Shown piece by piece: positions 21,561-30,523 of a stretch of 64,000 bases of DNA. The DNA lies in the NCBI GenBank assembly GCA_030698395.1, contig JAUYKW010000027.1, forward strand, positions 3,174-67,173, given 5' to 3'. Numbering within the stretch: position 1 is the first letter of the stretch; each line of letters opens with the position of its first letter. The translations under genes and the position numbers were made by a program. Source of the DNA: a bacterium. Lineage in GTDB: Bacteria; Patescibacteriota; Patescibacteriia; UBA9570. The notes beneath the pieces are model-generated. The model was not told where the DNA came from, searched no databases, and saw only the letters and a program-made list of their open reading frames with translations.

Positions 21561-23007
21561 AATAATCTATAATAACCGTAGTAAATAATAGCCACCCAAT
21601 ACCCAAAGGATGATTCAAATATGGAGTTAACGCGTGTATCACCACTAACGCTATTAATCCAAATACAATTCCAAATACAATATTTCTATCTGCAAGACTT
21701 TCAGTAGTTGCTATTTCATATCCTCGCACTATTAATAATAATATTAAGATGCCATATACCGCCGTGCCTGCGACTCCAAGTTTTAACCACATATCTAAAT
21801 AGCCCCATTCGAAAGCATAGGTGGTATACATGCCATCTGGATTGTTTTCTAAAGCACGCTGATCTTGGGTTGCATATGTAACCGTAGTTCCAAAACCTGA
21901 ACCTAGTAATGGATGTTCTAAATTTTTCTCCAGCAAAGGTTTGATTAGCGCCATTCTTGAACCACCGCCAGCTTCTGCGGTTGGATCTTGTGTTCTCTCC
22001 GTAAGTAAGCTGGTAGCACCAACCCCAGATCCGGAGCCACCTGGAAGTGAAACATTTACAACTCCTAGAACTAATAAATAACCGACACAAAAAAGCAATA
22101 ACATTGATGCGTAAAGCAACGATACTTTCTTTAAGGAAATGCGATATTTAACAATCAAAAAAAGTGCTAACCCACAAAGAGTAATAAGAATCGCCACCCA
22201 GAAACTTCTAGAATAACTTAAGAAGATTAATGTAATAGAAATTTCCAAAAAAATAAAATACTCCCAACGAAACTTTTTCAATAAAAAAGATAAACTTAAC
22301 AATAATGCGTATATTACATAAATATGACTCTGAAAAAATATTCGATAAAACCCATTATCCTTTAAGGTAATTTCTCCAATCCTAAAATCTCTTATCCATT
22401 GATAAAGAGCTGGCAAGTAATGTTGAAAACTAGTTTGATGCGAAAATAAAAATAAAATTAATAAAGTTTGCATTGCAAGTATAGTAATCCCTGCAAACAC
22501 AACCATGATTATTTTCAATATTTGTTCTCTATGTCTGATCGCCTGAGTAAATGGAAAAATCAAGCCAATAAATAAATACCCATTCCAATCAAAGAATATA
22601 TTAGATAAATCATTACCCATTAAATAACCAACAAGAACTCCAATTATCAAAAAAGTTATCAAAGCAACGTACCACTTCCAAAATTGCGAATGAAAGAAAT
22701 ATATTTTTTTGCTTCGTGCTACATCTATCAACCAAGCCAACATTACCACTAGAAATAAAGCTAATCGTAATGAAAGGTTAAATGAACCAATTGGTATACT
22801 CAACATATAACCATGTGACCCAACCACTAACTCAGCTATAATTGCATACACTCCATACTCTAATTTTTTTATACTAATTACTAGTATTAAAACAACAATA
22901 ACAATTAGAGATATATTCCTAAACTGCTCGTAGTTATATCCCAGCCATGATACTAATTCTAATGCTAGTAAAGCAACTGCAATTTTAGCGTAAAATTTGC
23001 GTAACAT
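21532..23007 (-). CDS. O-antigen ligase/Wzy_C-family membrane protein
   Basis: About 12 TM segments, SYSRSFW, extracytoplasmic loop with R...HPLLGSGFG, LKLGVAG; lies in a GT cluster. Confidence 0.8.
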   Translation of the reverse strand: MLRKFYAKIAVALLALELVSWLGYNYEQFRNISLIVIVVLILVISIKKLEYGVYAIIAELVVGSHGYMLSIPIGSFNLSLRLALFLVVMLAWLIDVARSKKIYFFHSQFWKWYVALITFLIIGVLVGYLMGNDLSNIFFDWNGYLFIGLIFPFTQAIRHREQILKIIMVVFAGITILAMQTLLILFLFSHQTSFQHYLPALYQWIRDFRIGEITLKDNGFYRIFFQSHIYVIYALLLSLSFLLKKFRWEYFIFLEISITLIFLSYSRSFWVAILITLCGLALFLIVKYRISLKKVSLLYASMLLLFCVGYLLVLGVVNVSLPGGSGSGVGATSLLTERTQDPTAEAGGGSRMALIKPLLEKNLEHPLLGSGFGTTVTYATQDQRALENNPDGMYTTYAFEWGYLDMWLKLGVAGTAVYGILILLLIVRGYEIATTESLADRNIVFGIVFGLIALVVIHALTPYLNHPLGIGWLLFTTVIIDYYGKQQTTTS

Positions 23008-23827
23008 ATGAGAAAAAAATACTTATTGGTTGGACAATGGCAATCCATAAATAACTAAGTAAGGAATTATTTTTTTTGAAATAATAACGCATACTATGAT
23101 TAAATATTTTCTGTGCTTTCGGCTTGCGTAACTGTTTAAAGCTAGCTCCTTTTACATGAATACATTTTACTTCAGGCGTATATAAGACATCATAACCCTC
23201 ATTCTGTAAACGTTTTTGTAAATCCACTTCCTCAAACCAAGCAAAAAAAGTTTCATCAAACGATCCAAATTTATCTAATAATTTCTTTGGCATCAACATA
23301 AATGCTCCCATAACTTGATCCACCGCCTGTTCTTTTGAATAATCAAACTTCTTTTGCATATATCCACTAATTAACCATGGAAAAATATGATGCATTTTTA
23401 ACAATATTGCAGTCTGATCAAAAGCAGTTGGAAAAGCACGAATCGAATCTTGTTGACTCCCGTCTGGATTAACTAATCTGCAACCAATCATACCAATATT
23501 CCTTGTTTCACTATCATACTTAGATACTAATCGCTGTAAAATATTATCCTGTATCTCAGTATCATCGTTGAGAAACAAAATATACCTTCCTTTTGCTCTT
23601 GATAAAGCTTGGTTATTTGCGGCACCAAAGCCTCTATTTTTTTTGTTTCTAATCAAATGTGTCTGCTGAAAATCTTTAGCTACCATATCTGCCGACCCAT
23701 CATGAGAATCATTATCTACAACAAAAACCTCATAATCAAGACCTGTTGTATATTTATAAATAGAAGCTAAACAATCACGCAAATGATCACGTACATTCCA
23801 AGAAACTATTATTATTGATAAATCCAT
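22985..23827 (-). CDS. Glycosyltransferase family 2 (WbbL-like)
   Basis: MDLSIIIVSWN, VDNDSHDGS, GFGAANN, FFAWFEEVD. Confidence 0.92.
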   Translation of the reverse strand: MDLSIIIVSWNVRDHLRDCLASIYKYTTGLDYEVFVVDNDSHDGSADMVAKDFQQTHLIRNKKNRGFGAANNQALSRAKGRYILFLNDDTEIQDNILQRLVSKYDSETRNIGMIGCRLVNPDGSQQDSIRAFPTAFDQTAILLKMHHIFPWLISGYMQKKFDYSKEQAVDQVMGAFMLMPKKLLDKFGSFDETFFAWFEEVDLQKRLQNEGYDVLYTPEVKCIHVKGASFKQLRKPKAQKIFNHSMRYYFKKNNSLLSYLWIAIVQPISIFFSYVTQILR

Positions 23828-23836
23828 AACTTCAGA

Positions 23837-23865
23837 ACTATACCAATATTATACGTAAAAATCAA
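23837..23865 (-). promoter_or_regulatory. Sigma70-type promoter of the GT2/ligase/DUF4012/mreB2 unit
   Basis: TTGATT, 17 bp spacer, TATAGT with TG extension (TGGTATAGT), 9 nt before ATG 23827. Confidence 0.55.
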
Positions 23866-23900
23866 CCCTTATTTATTGGATCAATACGCTATTTTGTAGC

Positions 23901-24968
23901 TTAAGAACCACTTAATAATTTTGCAATACGTTGCGCTTTTATATGCCAATCATGCTCGTTTTTTACCCATTGTTGTGCCTGAGCACCTAGGCGCTTTGCC
24001 CTATCTGGCTTACTTAATAAACGTTGAATAGCGTCTGCAATTTTTTGAGAATCATCAGGATTTACCAAAATACCTGTTTTGCCGTCTAATATCGCATCTG
24101 TCATACCAGCTGTATTTCCACCAATGGCTAACTTGCCAAAAGAATTTGCTTCCAAAACTGTTATACCAAAACCTTCAAAATCTTGTTTATTTATAATTCG
24201 TGATGGCATAACAAAAAATTCACATCGATTATATAATTCTGCAACTTCAGCATCGGTTAAACCCTCCATAACATGGACCCTATGTTGTAGCTGTAACTTA
24301 GTTGCCAGATCAATTAAATTTTCCTTATAAGATCCAGATCCAGCAATAACATAGTGTACATGATCAAAAGACTCCGACAATAATGACATTGCTTCGATTG
24401 CTTTATCAAACCCCTTACGCTGCACTAATCTTCCTACTGATAAAAAGAAATTTTTTGGTAGCTGTTTATTTACCCTTTCTGATACTTTTCCAAGTTTTCT
24501 TGGTGTAATACTTGGTCCTGGTGGAATAATAGAAATTTTACTATGCATTCTACCTGGAATCAAATTCTTAATTTGCTGTTCAGTAAAATCTGATATAGTA
24601 ATAATCTTATCTGCTCTCCTTAAAATAAATTTCAATAAAATCTTTTTTCTAATAAACTTCTGTGGTACCGCTATGTCCATTCCGTGTATAAATACTGCGA
24701 ATGGTTTTCTCAAAAATAATGATGCACAAACAACTGCCGTGCCAATTGGCAAAATCTGTCCAGCTAACAAATAATCAACTTTATTAACTTTTGCTTCTTT
24801 AATGATAGCCCAAATACTTTTAATCCACGGATTCAATAATTGATTACGTGAATTATCTAATACATGATATTCATTATTTGATGCATTCTGTACTAAATGA
24901 TAATAATAGTTAGCAACTCCCCCAACATCAGGTGGGTACTCAGCAGTTACCAATAAAATTTTATTCAT
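23901..24968 (-). CDS. Glycosyltransferase family 4 (PimB-like)
   Basis: EYPPDVGGV, VGRLVQRKG, EGFGITVLEA. Confidence 0.9.
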   Translation of the reverse strand: MNKILLVTAEYPPDVGGVANYYYHLVQNASNNEYHVLDNSRNQLLNPWIKSIWAIIKEAKVNKVDYLLAGQILPIGTAVVCASLFLRKPFAVFIHGMDIAVPQKFIRKKILLKFILRRADKIITISDFTEQQIKNLIPGRMHSKISIIPPGPSITPRKLGKVSERVNKQLPKNFFLSVGRLVQRKGFDKAIEAMSLLSESFDHVHYVIAGSGSYKENLIDLATKLQLQHRVHVMEGLTDAEVAELYNRCEFFVMPSRIINKQDFEGFGITVLEANSFGKLAIGGNTAGMTDAILDGKTGILVNPDDSQKIADAIQRLLSKPDRAKRLGAQAQQWVKNEHDWHIKAQRIAKLLSGS

Positions 24969-24989
24969 AATCTGTATTAATGCCTGGTA

Positions 24990-26438
24990 TTATGCACCAG
25001 GAACGAACACCTTTTTTAATTGCTTTATTTCTGCATTAGTTATGCCTTTCAACAAATATATAACAATAGCATAAATTACAACACCAATCGGAATCAATGC
25101 TAAGACACTAATTTCTCTTAATAGATATAGTACTAAAGCCATTACTGAAGCAGCAATTATACTTTTTATTAATCTATATATAATTGGCTTTTTTTTGAAT
25201 TTAATAACAGCATGAACTCTTGGTATACCCAAGGCAACTAATACTATAGAACTAATAACCGCTGATGCTGCAGCTCCTAAGTATGTATACTGCGGGATCA
25301 AGAAAATATTCAAAATAATATTCAATAACAATGCTATACCCATATTTAAAGTATTTATGGTTTGCTTATTAGCTGCATTCAATAAATTTCCAATTGGATA
25401 ATTCACAAACAGAAATACAATGCCGATCATAAATATTTGCAATGCTGGTATAGCAGCAGGATGTCCAGGAAAAGCTAATCCAATAATTTTTGGTGCTAAC
25501 ATACCTATTCCAATTGACATTGGTACACTTAGCAATATCAAATACTGAGTTGTTTGTTCAAAAATCTCTCTTAATTTATTATGTGAATCTATAAACGCCT
25601 TACTCATCGCTGGAAAAAATGCTGTAGCAAAAGCACCTGGAATGATTGTAAGAGTCACGGTTAATTTTAAAGCAATATTATACCAAGCTACGAACCTGTC
25701 ACCAGCTAAATACTCCAACATCACAGTATCAATGGAACCATTAAGTTTAAAGAAAATATCTGCTAATGCAAATGGAGCAGCTACTTTTAATAATGGCATG
25801 AATTGAGATCTGTCCCACTTAATTTTTGGTTTAATCTTCGCTTTTGTAATTACGACGTAAACTGCATAAATAAAGTATACAAAACTAGCCAATGCAATTA
25901 CCAGTACCAAAGCTTTTGCCTGCATACCTAAATACAAAACAACAGTACCTACAGTAACAACTACTGTCTGATATATTATCTGTCCCAGTGCTTCGTATTG
26001 CATCTTTTGTAAAGCCCGGAGTGTTGCAAGAAAAATCGATCGAAACGTATCAAATATAATTACCAATGCAGATAAATATACCAGTTGAACTGTATAGTTC
26101 GGCATATCCTTCGATAAATTTAGTAAGTAAAACACGGAAAACATCACCACTAATGACAATATTGATAATACAATCTTAAATCCTAAAATATACTCTAATT
26201 GGTCTTTGATAGATTCTTTTTTCTTTGCTCCCTCGCGCGTTAATACAGGGACCAAACCAAAATTCATGATAATAACAAAAATTCCAGCAAAACTCAGAGC
26301 AAAAGTATATCTGCCCAATATAACATCGGAGAATTGAGCTGCGACGTATATGTAAAAACCAAAAGCTAAGATCTTTTGGACAATCGATGATAAGGTTAAA
26401 TATGTTGTATTTTTTGCAATTTTTGCTGCGACAGACAT
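24990..26438 (-). CDS. Wzx/RfbX-type oligosaccharide flippase
   Basis: KIAKNT start, about 14 TM segments, IDTVML, LNIFLIPQY. Confidence 0.88.
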   Translation of the reverse strand: MSVAAKIAKNTTYLTLSSIVQKILAFGFYIYVAAQFSDVILGRYTFALSFAGIFVIIMNFGLVPVLTREGAKKKESIKDQLEYILGFKIVLSILSLVVMFSVFYLLNLSKDMPNYTVQLVYLSALVIIFDTFRSIFLATLRALQKMQYEALGQIIYQTVVVTVGTVVLYLGMQAKALVLVIALASFVYFIYAVYVVITKAKIKPKIKWDRSQFMPLLKVAAPFALADIFFKLNGSIDTVMLEYLAGDRFVAWYNIALKLTVTLTIIPGAFATAFFPAMSKAFIDSHNKLREIFEQTTQYLILLSVPMSIGIGMLAPKIIGLAFPGHPAAIPALQIFMIGIVFLFVNYPIGNLLNAANKQTINTLNMGIALLLNIILNIFLIPQYTYLGAAASAVISSIVLVALGIPRVHAVIKFKKKPIIYRLIKSIIAASVMALVLYLLREISVLALIPIGVVIYAIVIYLLKGITNAEIKQLKKVFVPGA

Positions 26439-26450
26439 TAGCGCAAGCTG

Positions 26451-26861
26451 TTAACGCTTAGACCATTGTGGCGCTCGTCTGGCTCGTTTTAATCCAGGTT
26501 TCTTTCTTTCTTTACGTCTGGGATCACGTGTTAAAAAACCTGCTTTTTTTAACACATCACGTAAATCTGCATCAATCTGTAATAATACTCTAGATATTCC
26601 ATGACGAATGCTTTCTGCTTGTGATTTCTTTCCTCCACCAATCACCTTAACAGTAATTTTACCTGTGCCTAATAAATTCGTTAGCTTTAATGCACTCTGT
26701 GCAATTGCTCTAGTTTCTCTAGTATCAAAATATTTTTTTACATCTTTTTCATTTACAAGAAACTCACCTTCGCCATTTTTGTAATATCGAACACGTGCTA
26801 CGGCAGTTTTCCGACGACCCACAGCATATAAATAATTCCGTTTTTCTTTTAAATCAGACAT
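26451..26861 (-). CDS. rpsI: 30S ribosomal protein S9
   Basis: GRRKTAVARV, GGGKKSQ, RRAPQWSKR. Confidence 0.98.
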   Translation of the reverse strand: MSDLKEKRNYLYAVGRRKTAVARVRYYKNGEGEFLVNEKDVKKYFDTRETRAIAQSALKLTNLLGTGKITVKVIGGGKKSQAESIRHGISRVLLQIDADLRDVLKKAGFLTRDPRRKERKKPGLKRARRAPQWSKR

Positions 26862-26865
26862 CTTT

Positions 26866-27204
26866 TTACGTTATTTTTAATCTTTTAATCATTTCTGAAC
26901 GAATTTTATTCTTGGGCAACATGTTATAAACCGCGGTATGAAGAATTTTTTCTTTTGTCATATCTTTAGCTTTTGTTTTCTTCAAACCACCTGGATATAA
27001 TGAATGATTATAATAAATTTTATTTTCTGCGAATTTCTTGCTTACTTTAAGATGCTTCACATTTTCAATTATCACTTCATCTCCACAATCTGTATACGTT
27101 TGATAACTTGGCTTATGTTTGCCCATCAACAACACAGCTATCTCAGTAGCTAGCCTTCCTGGAACCTTATTTGTTGCATCAATTGTATGAATCTCACGTT
27201 CCAT
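26866..27204 (-). CDS. rplM: 50S ribosomal protein L13 (short, 112 aa)
   Basis: IDAT..PGRLA, GKHKP, HSLYPGGLK, MLPKN. Confidence 0.97.
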   Translation of the reverse strand: MEREIHTIDATNKVPGRLATEIAVLLMGKHKPSYQTYTDCGDEVIIENVKHLKVSKKFAENKIYYNHSLYPGGLKKTKAKDMTKEKILHTAVYNMLPKNKIRSEMIKRLKIT

Positions 27205-27206
27205 AA

Positions 27207-27698
27207 TTATTTTGCGCTATCTTTAATTTTTTCAATCTTTTTTGTATCTTTACTTGTGGTTGCTTTAACTGGTTTCTTATCAGTTTTCTTTGGTGCAACA
27301 ACTTTCTTATCAACTTTCTTCTTTGTATTATTTTTCATCTTGTCTCTATCAACAAGCTCTAAATATACAATCTCTGCTCCATCTCCAACTCGTCTTCCAA
27401 TAGCTGTTATTCTTGTATAACCACCTTTTCTATCTTTTAATATTGGCGTTATTACATCAATTAATTCCTCAACAGCCTTTTCATTATTCAAACGTTTCAT
27501 TAAATAACGCTTACTATGTAAATCCCGTACCTTAGCTTTTGTAACCAGCTTTTCAAAACTTGGTCTAAAATACTTTGCTTTAGCTTTAGTAGTTTTTATT
27601 CTTTTACTTGTAATCAAACTAATAACCTGCGTCTTATATAAAGCCGTTCGTGCTGCCTTTTTTCGATCTAATGTTTTTGTTGTTTTCTTATGACGCAT
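27207..27698 (-). CDS. rplQ: 50S ribosomal protein L17 with Lys-rich tail
   Basis: MRHKK, IKTTKAKAK, GGYTRI, RVGDGA. Confidence 0.97.
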   Translation of the reverse strand: MRHKKTTKTLDRKKAARTALYKTQVISLITSKRIKTTKAKAKYFRPSFEKLVTKAKVRDLHSKRYLMKRLNNEKAVEELIDVITPILKDRKGGYTRITAIGRRVGDGAEIVYLELVDRDKMKNNTKKKVDKKVVAPKKTDKKPVKATTSKDTKKIEKIKDSAK

Positions 27699-27706
27699 AT
27701 TATCGA

Positions 27707-28498
27707 TTATTTTTCTGTATCGGTAGCTTCATCATCTTTTTCTTCTTCAACTTCTTCAGTTGCTTGATCTTCTTCAACATCTTCTTCAATTTCCTCTTTA
27801 ATTGTTTCTTCTGCGGTTGTTGCATTCCCTAACAATGTAAAATGATCCACCAAAATCTGAGATGCTTGAACAAACGCCTCTTCCGGACTCATCGTTCCAT
27901 CTGTAGTAATATCTAAAGTTAATTTATCATAATTTGTCATCTGCTCTACACGTACATGCTCAGTTTTGAAGTTTACAGTCCTAATAGGAGTATAAACGGC
28001 ATCTATAGCCATAAAACCAACATCTAGAACCTCTTTTTCACGAGCTTCGATCGGTACATAACCTCTGCCTTTTTCTACGATCACAGTCATGTCCATGCTT
28101 GCAGCTGCATCAGTTAATGTACAAATAACTAGCTTTGGATTAGCTACCTCAACTTCATTATTTTTTTCAAAATCACCTACGGTTATTTTTTTCTTACCTG
28201 TAACACTCAATTTCAACTCAACAGCTTCATCTGTATGCATGTTAAATTTAACTTGTTTCAAATTTAATAAAATATCAACTACATCCTCTTTCAAATAATC
28301 AGCAGTTGAGAATTCATGGTCAATACCTTTTATTTTTACAGATGTAATTGCTGCACCAGGTAATGAAGACAATAAAACTCTGCGCATTGAATTTCCTAGC
28401 GTAGTTCCGTATCCAGGGTAACAAGGTGTGATGGTAAACTGAGCCTGATTAGTATCAGTACTTAGATATGAAATATTGCTTGGTAATTGAATCTCCAT
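27707..28498 (-). CDS. rpoA: RNA polymerase alpha subunit (NTD plus acidic tail; no CTD)
   Basis: GYGTTLGNSMRRVLLSSLPGAA, HEFS, IDAVYTPI, YDKLTLDITTDG; ends in an E/D-rich tail. Confidence 0.96.
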   Translation of the reverse strand: MEIQLPSNISYLSTDTNQAQFTITPCYPGYGTTLGNSMRRVLLSSLPGAAITSVKIKGIDHEFSTADYLKEDVVDILLNLKQVKFNMHTDEAVELKLSVTGKKKITVGDFEKNNEVEVANPKLVICTLTDAAASMDMTVIVEKGRGYVPIEAREKEVLDVGFMAIDAVYTPIRTVNFKTEHVRVEQMTNYDKLTLDITTDGTMSPEEAFVQASQILVDHFTLLGNATTAEETIKEEIEEDVEEDQATEEVEEEKDDEATDTEK

Positions 28499-28516
28499 AA
28501 TTCTAAATGATAGTTG

Positions 28517-29128
28517 TTAACGTGAATAATACTCAACGATTAAATTAACTGCGATGCCTTGCTCCACGTCTGCATTTGTTGGATCCGCAACAATTTTAAG
28601 AATAAATTTCTCTTTATCAACATCAATCCATCCTGGTGCTTCATGCATCTTAATATTTGCAGGCAATTCTAAAAAATATCTACTTTTTTGACTTGATTCT
28701 TTCAATTCTATTACATCTCCTGCCTTCATATCTCGCGATGGAACATTACATGGTTTCCCATTAACTAAGAAATGAGCATGTGTTACAAGTTGCCGCGCTT
28801 GTCTTCTTGTACTTCCTAGACCAGCACGATAAACGACATTATCAAATCTTTTTTCTAAAGTATTAAGTAATATATCACCAGTATTACCTGATTTATTACT
28901 AGACTTTAAGTAATAGTTTCTGAATTGTTTCTCTAGAATGCCATACAATATCTTAGCTTTCTGTTTTTCACGTAGTTGTAATCCGTATTCTGTTAATCTA
29001 CGACGTCTTGCATTACCATGTTGTCCTGGTGGATAGTTACGTCTAATAACTGCACATTTCTCTGTACCACAAACACTCTCTCCGATTCTTCTACATTGTT
29101 TACATTTAGGTTTTAAATTTCTAGCCAT
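28517..29128 (-). CDS. rpsD: 30S ribosomal protein S4
   Basis: CKQCRR..C..KC zinc form, PPGQHG, QLREKQK, IVEYYSR. Confidence 0.98.
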   Translation of the reverse strand: MARNLKPKCKQCRRIGESVCGTEKCAVIRRNYPPGQHGNARRRRLTEYGLQLREKQKAKILYGILEKQFRNYYLKSSNKSGNTGDILLNTLEKRFDNVVYRAGLGSTRRQARQLVTHAHFLVNGKPCNVPSRDMKAGDVIELKESSQKSRYFLELPANIKMHEAPGWIDVDKEKFILKIVADPTNADVEQGIAVNLIVEYYSR

Positions 29129-29137
29129 ATATTTCTA

Positions 29138-29524
29138 TTATACTCTGCGTGGTTTTTTAGGCCGACATCCATTATGTGGAATTGGCGTAATATCTCTAAT
29201 TTTTGAAATCGAATATCCCATTGCATTAATTGCTCTTAAAGCACCATCGCGTCCACTTCCAATACCGTTTATAAAAACGCTGACATTTTTTAACCCAATA
29301 TCACCAATCTTTTCTGCTGTTTCCCGTACAACAACACCTGCTGCATATGGAGTGGCCTTCTTTGGCCCTTTAAACCCATATTGCCCTGAGCTTCCTTGTG
29401 CTAACGTATTACCACCTTCATCAGTAAAAGTAATGATAGTGTTATTATAAGATGAAAATACGTAAACTCGTCCTGTACTAACGGACAACTTTTTCTTTTT
29501 CTTTTTCTTTTTTACTTCGGCCAT
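29138..29524 (-). CDS. rpsK: 30S ribosomal protein S11
   Basis: SYNNTI, KATPYAA, DITPIPHNGCRP. Confidence 0.98.
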   Translation of the reverse strand: MAEVKKKKKKKKLSVSTGRVYVFSSYNNTIITFTDEGGNTLAQGSSGQYGFKGPKKATPYAAGVVVRETAEKIGDIGLKNVSVFINGIGSGRDGALRAINAMGYSISKIRDITPIPHNGCRPKKPRRV

Positions 29525-29542
29525 AATAATATATAATTTATT

Positions 29543-29935
29543 TTATGTTTTCTGAGCTGCTACTTTTCTACCTGAACCCATTGTTCTTCTAACATTTCCT
29601 CGTACAGTTCTAGAATTTGTTTTCGTTGATTGTCCTCTTGAAGGAAGCTTCTTTGTGTGTCGAGTACCTCTATAAGCACCACTTTCTTTTAGTCTTTTTA
29701 CATTTGCAAGAACCTCTCTTCGTAAGTCCCCTTCAATAGCTACATTATTTTCTTGAATATGAGCTGTAATCTTACTAACTTCGTCTTCAGTTAAGTCTTT
29801 CGCCTTTACGTTAAGATCAATATCTACAGCAGACAAAATCTCTTTAGAACGGGTTAAGCCGATACCAAAAATATATGTGAGCGCAATTTCTGCTCTCTTA
29901 TTTGCCGGTAATGTTACACCTGATATTCTAGCCAT
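29543..29935 (-). CDS. rpsM: 30S ribosomal protein S13
   Basis: MARISGV, YIFGIG, YRGTRH..LPSRGQSTKTNSRT. Confidence 0.98.
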   Translation of the reverse strand: MARISGVTLPANKRAEIALTYIFGIGLTRSKEILSAVDIDLNVKAKDLTEDEVSKITAHIQENNVAIEGDLRREVLANVKRLKESGAYRGTRHTKKLPSRGQSTKTNSRTVRGNVRRTMGSGRKVAAQKT

Positions 29936-29936
29936 A

Positions 29937-30050
29937 TTATCCCTGACGTTGTTTATGTTTAGGTAGTTTGCAAATTACAACAACTCGACCTTGTCTGCGT
30001 GTGACAGTACAATCCTTACACATTTTTTTTACTGAAGCTCTAACTTTCAT
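29937..30050 (-). CDS. rpmJ: 50S ribosomal protein L36 (not in ORF track)
   Basis: Manual translation [37 protein letters not shown]; ATGA overlap with the infA stop. Confidence 0.97.
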   Translation of the reverse strand: MKVRASVKKMCKDCTVTRRQGRVVVICKLPKHKQRQG

Positions 30051-30316
30051 GAATATCTATATGTAATTCTACCTTTTGTTAAATCGTACGGAGTCATTTC
30101 CAATTTCACTTTATCTCCAGGCAATACTTTTATCCGATATCGCTTCATTTTTCCTGATAAAATTCCCAATACGGGCTCTCCATTTTCCAACGTCACTCTG
30201 CACATATAATTGGGTAACAGCTCTGTAACTTCACCCTCAATCTCTATAAAGCCTTTTTTTGTAGCTTTCGCCTGAAGTTTGTCTGAATAGTTCGCTTTGT
30301 CTTTTTTGTTAGACAT
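30047..30316 (-). CDS. infA: Translation initiation factor IF-1
   Basis: [39 protein letters not shown]. Confidence 0.97.
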   Translation of the reverse strand: MSNKKDKANYSDKLQAKATKKGFIEIEGEVTELLPNYMCRVTLENGEPVLGILSGKMKRYRIKVLPGDKVKLEMTPYDLTKGRITYRYS

Positions 30317-30418
30317 TAAAAAAATTGTATCTACTACTAATTGTTATGTAGATGGATTAGTTTTGCTGGCTATATTGTCAATTTCACCCCTAATTCTTGT
30401 AGTCAGACAGCAAGCGCT

Positions 30419-30447
30419 ATTATACGAAGATGTTTGAATAGTGTCAA
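30419..30447 (-). promoter_or_regulatory. Consensus sigma70 promoter of the infA-rpmJ-alpha operon
   Basis: TTGACA (30447-30442), 17 bp spacer, TATAAT (30424-30419). Confidence 0.88.
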
Positions 30448-30466
30448 TAATAAAGCTTCAATTAAC

Positions 30467-30475
30467 TGTGGATAA
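30467..30475 (-). promoter_or_regulatory. Consensus DnaA-box sequence TTATCCACA
   Basis: tgtggataa on the + strand, intergenic, about 20 bp upstream of the infA -35; single copy here. Confidence 0.35.
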
Positions 30476-30523
30476 GTAATAAAAGTCACAAAAAATTACT
30501 CACTGCTATATAATATTACTGAT

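Noticed and set aside
30317-30523. Replication origin, tRNA or known riboswitch in the largest intergenic gaps
   Set aside because: There is only one DnaA box, no dnaA/dnaN nearby, and no cloverleaf or recognisable riboswitch consensus here or at 32306-32421.
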